Below are positions 60,135-64,000 of a stretch of DNA of 64,000 bases, one piece after another (positions within the stretch are counted from its first letter, which is position 1; each line of letters opens with the position of its first letter). Source of the DNA: Anaerolineales bacterium (GTDB taxonomy: Bacteria > Chloroflexota > Anaerolineae > Anaerolineales > Villigracilaceae). The notes beneath the pieces were generated by a model that was given only the letters and a program-made list of their open reading frames with translations, ran no database searches and was not told the origin of the DNA. Location of the stretch: positions 1,374 to 65,373 of the forward strand of contig DATGYJ010000433.1 of NCBI GenBank assembly GCA_035298105.1, in the 5' to 3' direction. The position numbers and the translations under genes were made by a program.

Positions 60135-60581
60135 ATGGCAACGAATGAAAAAGATGAAAGTAAAAAGAGAAGAAGTGATATAAAGCCAGAGTTTATTATT
60201 CATCCTGTTCCTCAAGGATCTTCAAAAAAGATCAGCGAGGCACAAATGATCCAGCTCAATGTGATCGAGAAAACAAACTTCAATTTCTTTGATGGCAGGA
60301 AAATTGTCGGATTATTAAAGGAAAACCATAAGATGTGGCGTGCAGTTTTGATGCCATTGGATCTGATCTCGCTGCGCGATATGGAAGATGGGACATGGCA
60401 TGCGGATACGCTTTATATTTATCCCGAGGACGGTTATCAATTTCAACTGGAAGAATTGGTGAGGGAACAATTCAATGCCGATGAAGTTGATTGGATTGGC
60501 GGCTCGAGTGCAGTGGATATGTTGGGAACAACCGAAGTTGGGCATATATCTCAGGTGATTTTGTCTGCCTGGTGGGATTGA
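60135..60581 (+). CDS. hypothetical protein ending in WWD
   Basis: SD GGAGG before ATG 60135; FNFFDG, WHADTLYI, C-terminal WWD. Confidence 0.75.
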   Translation: MATNEKDESKKRRSDIKPEFIIHPVPQGSSKKISEAQMIQLNVIEKTNFNFFDGRKIVGLLKENHKMWRAVLMPLDLISLRDMEDGTWHADTLYIYPEDGYQFQLEELVREQFNADEVDWIGGSSAVDMLGTTEVGHISQVILSAWWD

Positions 60582-60617
60582 ATTTGTGCTGGGAGCGGTT
60601 TAAGAGCGAAGATTTTT

Positions 60618-61541
60618 ATGGCAGGCATGGAAAGGTTTACGCAAAAGGCCAGGCGTGTGCTTAGTTTCGCACACCAGCAAGCTGAGCGGGCTCACCATAA
60701 TACGATAGGGCCCGAACATCTTTTGCTTGGATTGATGGAGGAGGAAGGCGGCGTGGCGGGTCGCGTTCTGCGTGAACTTGGCATGACCGTTGATGGCATG
60801 CGTGAAGTAGTTTTCAGGGTCTCCAGTGCTTCTCCTGATTTCGATCCTAACCGAGTTGAGCTTGGCACTCAAACGCAGCAGGTCCTTGAAAATGCGGTCG
60901 ATGAAGCTCGTCGCCTGGGACATCACTATATTGGGACCGAACATATTTTATTGGGTCTGCTACGGGTGGATAGCACTGCGCTAAAGGTCTTACAGGAACT
61001 TGGCACCGATGCGGAACAGATCCGCCGTCAAACTCGGCGCGTGTTGAACGAATCCGCTTCTCGGCCGGTGGTCCAGGCGGGACCGGCTCAGATTTATACC
61101 TGGTATGGCTCCAACACCGAGCTAAGAGATACTGTTACAAAATTTATTGAAAAGATCGGTTTCAAATCAGTGTTTTTGGAGGATGAGACCAGTAACGCTG
61201 CTACTGTTAGCCAAAGACTCGATCGGATGATTTCTGGAATCAGATTTGCGATTATCCTGGTCTCTTCCGATGATCTGGGTTTTGGCCAGGATCATATTAT
61301 GGATGAGGCTTTGATCTCAGGACAAAACTCTATATACCAATCAGGTTATTTTCATGCTAAACTGGGAGCCAACCGTGTTTGCATCTTATGCGAAGAAAAC
61401 CTTCATAGCAAAGCGAGAATGCTCTTTGACGCCCTGGGCATTGGTTATCTTGTCGTAGATCAAAGCCGCGAGTGGATGCTGAAGCTGGTGAGCAAAATGG
61501 TGCTGGCCGGATTAAATGTGGATTTTGGAAAGATTGCCTAA
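60618..61541 (+). CDS. Clp N-terminal (Clp-R) double repeat fused to a degenerate TIR-like domain
   Basis: MERFTQKARRVL...IGPEHLLLGL and IGTEHILLGL; the C-half follows the PF10137-like pattern FAIILVSSDDLG...QNSIYQSGYFHAKLG..RV. Confidence 0.75.
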   Translation: MAGMERFTQKARRVLSFAHQQAERAHHNTIGPEHLLLGLMEEEGGVAGRVLRELGMTVDGMREVVFRVSSASPDFDPNRVELGTQTQQVLENAVDEARRLGHHYIGTEHILLGLLRVDSTALKVLQELGTDAEQIRRQTRRVLNESASRPVVQAGPAQIYTWYGSNTELRDTVTKFIEKIGFKSVFLEDETSNAATVSQRLDRMISGIRFAIILVSSDDLGFGQDHIMDEALISGQNSIYQSGYFHAKLGANRVCILCEENLHSKARMLFDALGIGYLVVDQSREWMLKLVSKMVLAGLNVDFGKIA

Positions 61542-61648
61542 CTCTTGCTTAAGAGTTAGCGGCCCAATGATGGATAGGTATGAATAAGAGCGATATTCGA
61601 AATTTGATCCCTATAGCGAATATCCAATATCGATGATCGAGGTGTTTT

Positions 61649-61975
61649 ATGGCGAAAGGATTTAACAAAGGTCCACAAATGGGCGGTGGGGGAATGATGG
61701 CACAATTACAAAAAATGCAGCAGCAGTTGGCCGAAGCTCAGGAAAAGCTGGCTGAGGAAACGGTCACTGCCACGGCTGGTGGCGGTGCGATCAAAGTGGT
61801 TATGACAGGCGATCAGAAATGCCGGTCTGTGGAGATCAATCCTGACCTGCTGAAAGAGGCGGATGCCGAAATGCTGCAGGACTTAGTCTTATCCGCTGTG
61901 AATATGGCGCTCGATCAATCCCGCGAGCTTCAGCAGAAGTTGATGGGACCGCTGGCAGGTGGGCTGCCGTTCTAG
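61649..61975 (+). CDS. ybaB: YbaB/EbfC nucleoid-associated protein
   Basis: QKMQ, GGGAIKV, MLQDLVLSAVN; adjacent to recR. Confidence 0.93.
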   Translation: MAKGFNKGPQMGGGGMMAQLQKMQQQLAEAQEKLAEETVTATAGGGAIKVVMTGDQKCRSVEINPDLLKEADAEMLQDLVLSAVNMALDQSRELQQKLMGPLAGGLPF

Positions 61976-62052
61976 TAGCCAAGGAGTACACACGTATACA
62001 GGTAAACAAGCCGCCTGTGTACCTGCTTACTTGTCTACTTGTTTACTTAACC

Positions 62053-62658
62053 ATGCTATTACCCGAATCCATTCAATCCCTGATTAACGCTTTGGAGCGT
62101 TTGCCCGGCATTGGCCCCAAATCAGCTTCCCGGCTGGCGTTCTACTTCCTGCGTGCGACCGAGGACGTCGCCCAGGACCTGGCGTCTGCGTTGGCAAACC
62201 TGAAAGCCAATACTGCCTTTTGCCAGGAGTGTTTCAACATTACCGAAGCAGGTCGCGAACGGTGTGAAATCTGCGAGTCCTCTCAACGTGATGGCAGTCT
62301 GGTCTGTGTTGTGGAAGAGGCCCTGGATGTTCTGGCCCTGGAGCGGACAGCCGGTTACCAGGGGAAATATCATGTTTTGCAGGGAGTCTTATCTCCGATC
62401 GAAGGAATCGAACCGGATGATTTGAAGATCAAACAATTGATCGCGCGCGTTACAAAAGGTGAGATCAAGGAAGTCATTCTTGCTACCAATCCAAGCATGG
62501 AAGGCGACGCCACCGCGTTGTATCTGCGTGGACAACTGGAGCCATTGGGTGTAAAGGTCACACGCCTGGCGCGCGGTCTGCCGGTCGGCGGTGATCTGGA
62601 GTACGCCGATCAAAACACTTTGCTAAGAGCCCTATCGGGCAGACAAGAGATGTTTTAA
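62053..62658 (+). CDS. recR: recombination mediator RecR
   Basis: LPGIGPKSA.RLA, C4 zinc finger, YHVLQG.LSP, EGDATA, GGDLEYAD. Confidence 0.97.
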   Translation: MLLPESIQSLINALERLPGIGPKSASRLAFYFLRATEDVAQDLASALANLKANTAFCQECFNITEAGRERCEICESSQRDGSLVCVVEEALDVLALERTAGYQGKYHVLQGVLSPIEGIEPDDLKIKQLIARVTKGEIKEVILATNPSMEGDATALYLRGQLEPLGVKVTRLARGLPVGGDLEYADQNTLLRALSGRQEMF

Positions 62659-62659
62659 T

Positions 62660-62690
62660 AAAATCGCCCCAGAACGGGGCGATTGTTTTT
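62660..62690. terminator. bidirectional terminator
   Basis: AATCGCCCC-agaac-GGGGCGATT between convergent genes. Confidence 0.75.
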
Positions 62691-63525
62691 ATGGCGTGAG
62701 CAGTTCTCTCAATACATCCTCAAGAGGCGGAGTTTCCATGGCATCTTTGAAACCCGCCATGCGATGATAGACTTCCGCAGCCGATTCATGAAACCCAGCT
62801 GGCAGATCAGCCGCTCGCAGCGTTTCGGCGATCTCTCTCATTTCGCCTTCAAAACGCCAGGCTTTGGCAGTGACGCGCTTCACCCTTCGATTGACCTGCT
62901 CTGAGAAACCCTGGTCCTCCCTATCCCATTGCCGGTAGAGCTCCTCACGTACCCCAAGCGACTCGGCGGTTGCGAGAATCGCAGAGAGCAGAGCAGTGGT
63001 TCCTTTGGTATAAGCCGCGTAGCACATTTTCAAAGCCGAGGCTTTGCCGATCTCATCTCCGATGATTTGTGTTTCGAGGGGGCCATTTGAAAACAGGGAC
63101 GCGATGCTATTTGCATGCATACCTGATAGATACAACCATGTCTCGTTCGACGTCCATGCGGGTCCACCGATAATGCCTCCATCGACAAAGCGAATACGCC
63201 TCTCCTCCAGCCTCTGGGCGATTTTGAGCGTGCGCTGAGGCGAAATCGCATTGGCATCCAAATAGGTACCTTGAAACCCTGCCTCGCTCACAGAGCTGGC
63301 AACTTCTTCTGCTGAGTGGGGAGGACAGACACTGATGATCGTTTCACAAGTCCGGCAAAATTGAAACAATGAATCGATCTCTCTAAGATGATATTGCTCT
63401 GCACGCGCCCGGGTCTTAGGGCTGCGTTGCTCCGACATCCAATAAACCTGATGTCCACTGTTGAGCGCAGAGGCGGCGATGGAAATTCCCATTTCGCCCG
63501 GATTTAATATACCGAGATTACTCAT
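62689..63525 (-). CDS. NAD(P)-dependent oxidoreductase (6PGD/3-hydroxyisobutyrate DH-like, DUF1932)
   Basis: GILNPGEMG, DANAISP, VDGGIIGGP, ASALKMCYA, KAWRFEGEM. Confidence 0.9.
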   Translation of the reverse strand: MSNLGILNPGEMGISIAASALNSGHQVYWMSEQRSPKTRARAEQYHLREIDSLFQFCRTCETIISVCPPHSAEEVASSVSEAGFQGTYLDANAISPQRTLKIAQRLEERRIRFVDGGIIGGPAWTSNETWLYLSGMHANSIASLFSNGPLETQIIGDEIGKASALKMCYAAYTKGTTALLSAILATAESLGVREELYRQWDREDQGFSEQVNRRVKRVTAKAWRFEGEMREIAETLRAADLPAGFHESAAEVYHRMAGFKDAMETPPLEDVLRELLTP

Positions 63526-63668
63526 GGTTACTCCTTAACGCTAATCAGTATAGCATCTTAAAATGTTACATAAAGAATTTCGAGAGTGCCTAAGGCCAAG
63601 CCTTATTCCTATTACCCCGCTATGATTCCTGATCCTTCCTGCTTCTCAAAGCGAGAGAGCCTCGAAAG

Positions 63669-63712
63669 ATGACTACAGGATGAGTACAGGATCAGTACAG
63701 GATTACTACAGG
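63669..63712. repeat. 11-bp direct repeat x4 (ATNA[G/C]TACAGG)
   Basis: ATGACTACAGG ATGAGTACAGG ATCAGTACAGG ATTACTACAGG. Confidence 0.85.
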
Positions 63713-64000
63713 ATTGTCGATGAGATTGTGGGGGAGATGAATGAAAGGAAAGGGACAAGCTGCCTGCAAGGGTTAAGAGGCGTGCGGCAGACCCGATCCG
63801 CATTGTTAAGACGTTAGGGAGTTCATTATGTTCCGTAGCCCGCCTGGTAAGCGCTGCCAGAGGGAATAGAAACGTACGTGAGCGATCGGAAGCGAAATGG
63901 AAGCGGCAAGTTGATGAAAGTGATTGAAGAATATTTTAAGGATTATCATAATCATCTTTTATGAAATGTTAATGATTTATGTGGTATGATGGCGCAGTTC

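Noticed and set aside
63526-64000. Possible ncRNA or gene at the right edge
   Set aside because: No convincing ORF or recognisable RNA motif; probably a divergent promoter region truncated by the window

Overview
64-kb chromosomal window of a bacterium. The gene content and intergenic repeat style suggest Chloroflexota, class Anaerolineae (inference). Housekeeping anchors are two tRNA-Ala genes, a Leu T-box with leuS, ino1, CIRCE-hrcA-grpE-dnaK-dnaJ, prmA and dnaX-ybaB-recR. The most unusual part is the accessory block at about 4.0-20.2 kb. It encodes two secreted proteins that each carry both a cohesin-like and a dockerin domain (one also has an M23 peptidase domain), a membrane-anchored cohesin with a cytoplasmic FHA domain, and an ECF sigma/anti-sigma pair with an extracellular discoidin (CBM32-like) domain. 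Four co-oriented genes of unknown family follow: an SH3b plus tandem C39-like protein, an orphan, and two large paralogues with a predicted Cys-His-Glu amidase-type triad. Other oddities: LeuRS has a histone-H1-like N-terminal extension; prmA is frameshifted by a perfect 3x14-bp tandem repeat; a ClpC N-domain fused to a degenerate TIR domain sits between dnaX and ybaB; and there is a triplet of NBR1-Ig/CAP lipoproteins. No CRISPR array, transposase, integrase or rRNA was seen. All domain calls come from visual motif recognition, not database searches.
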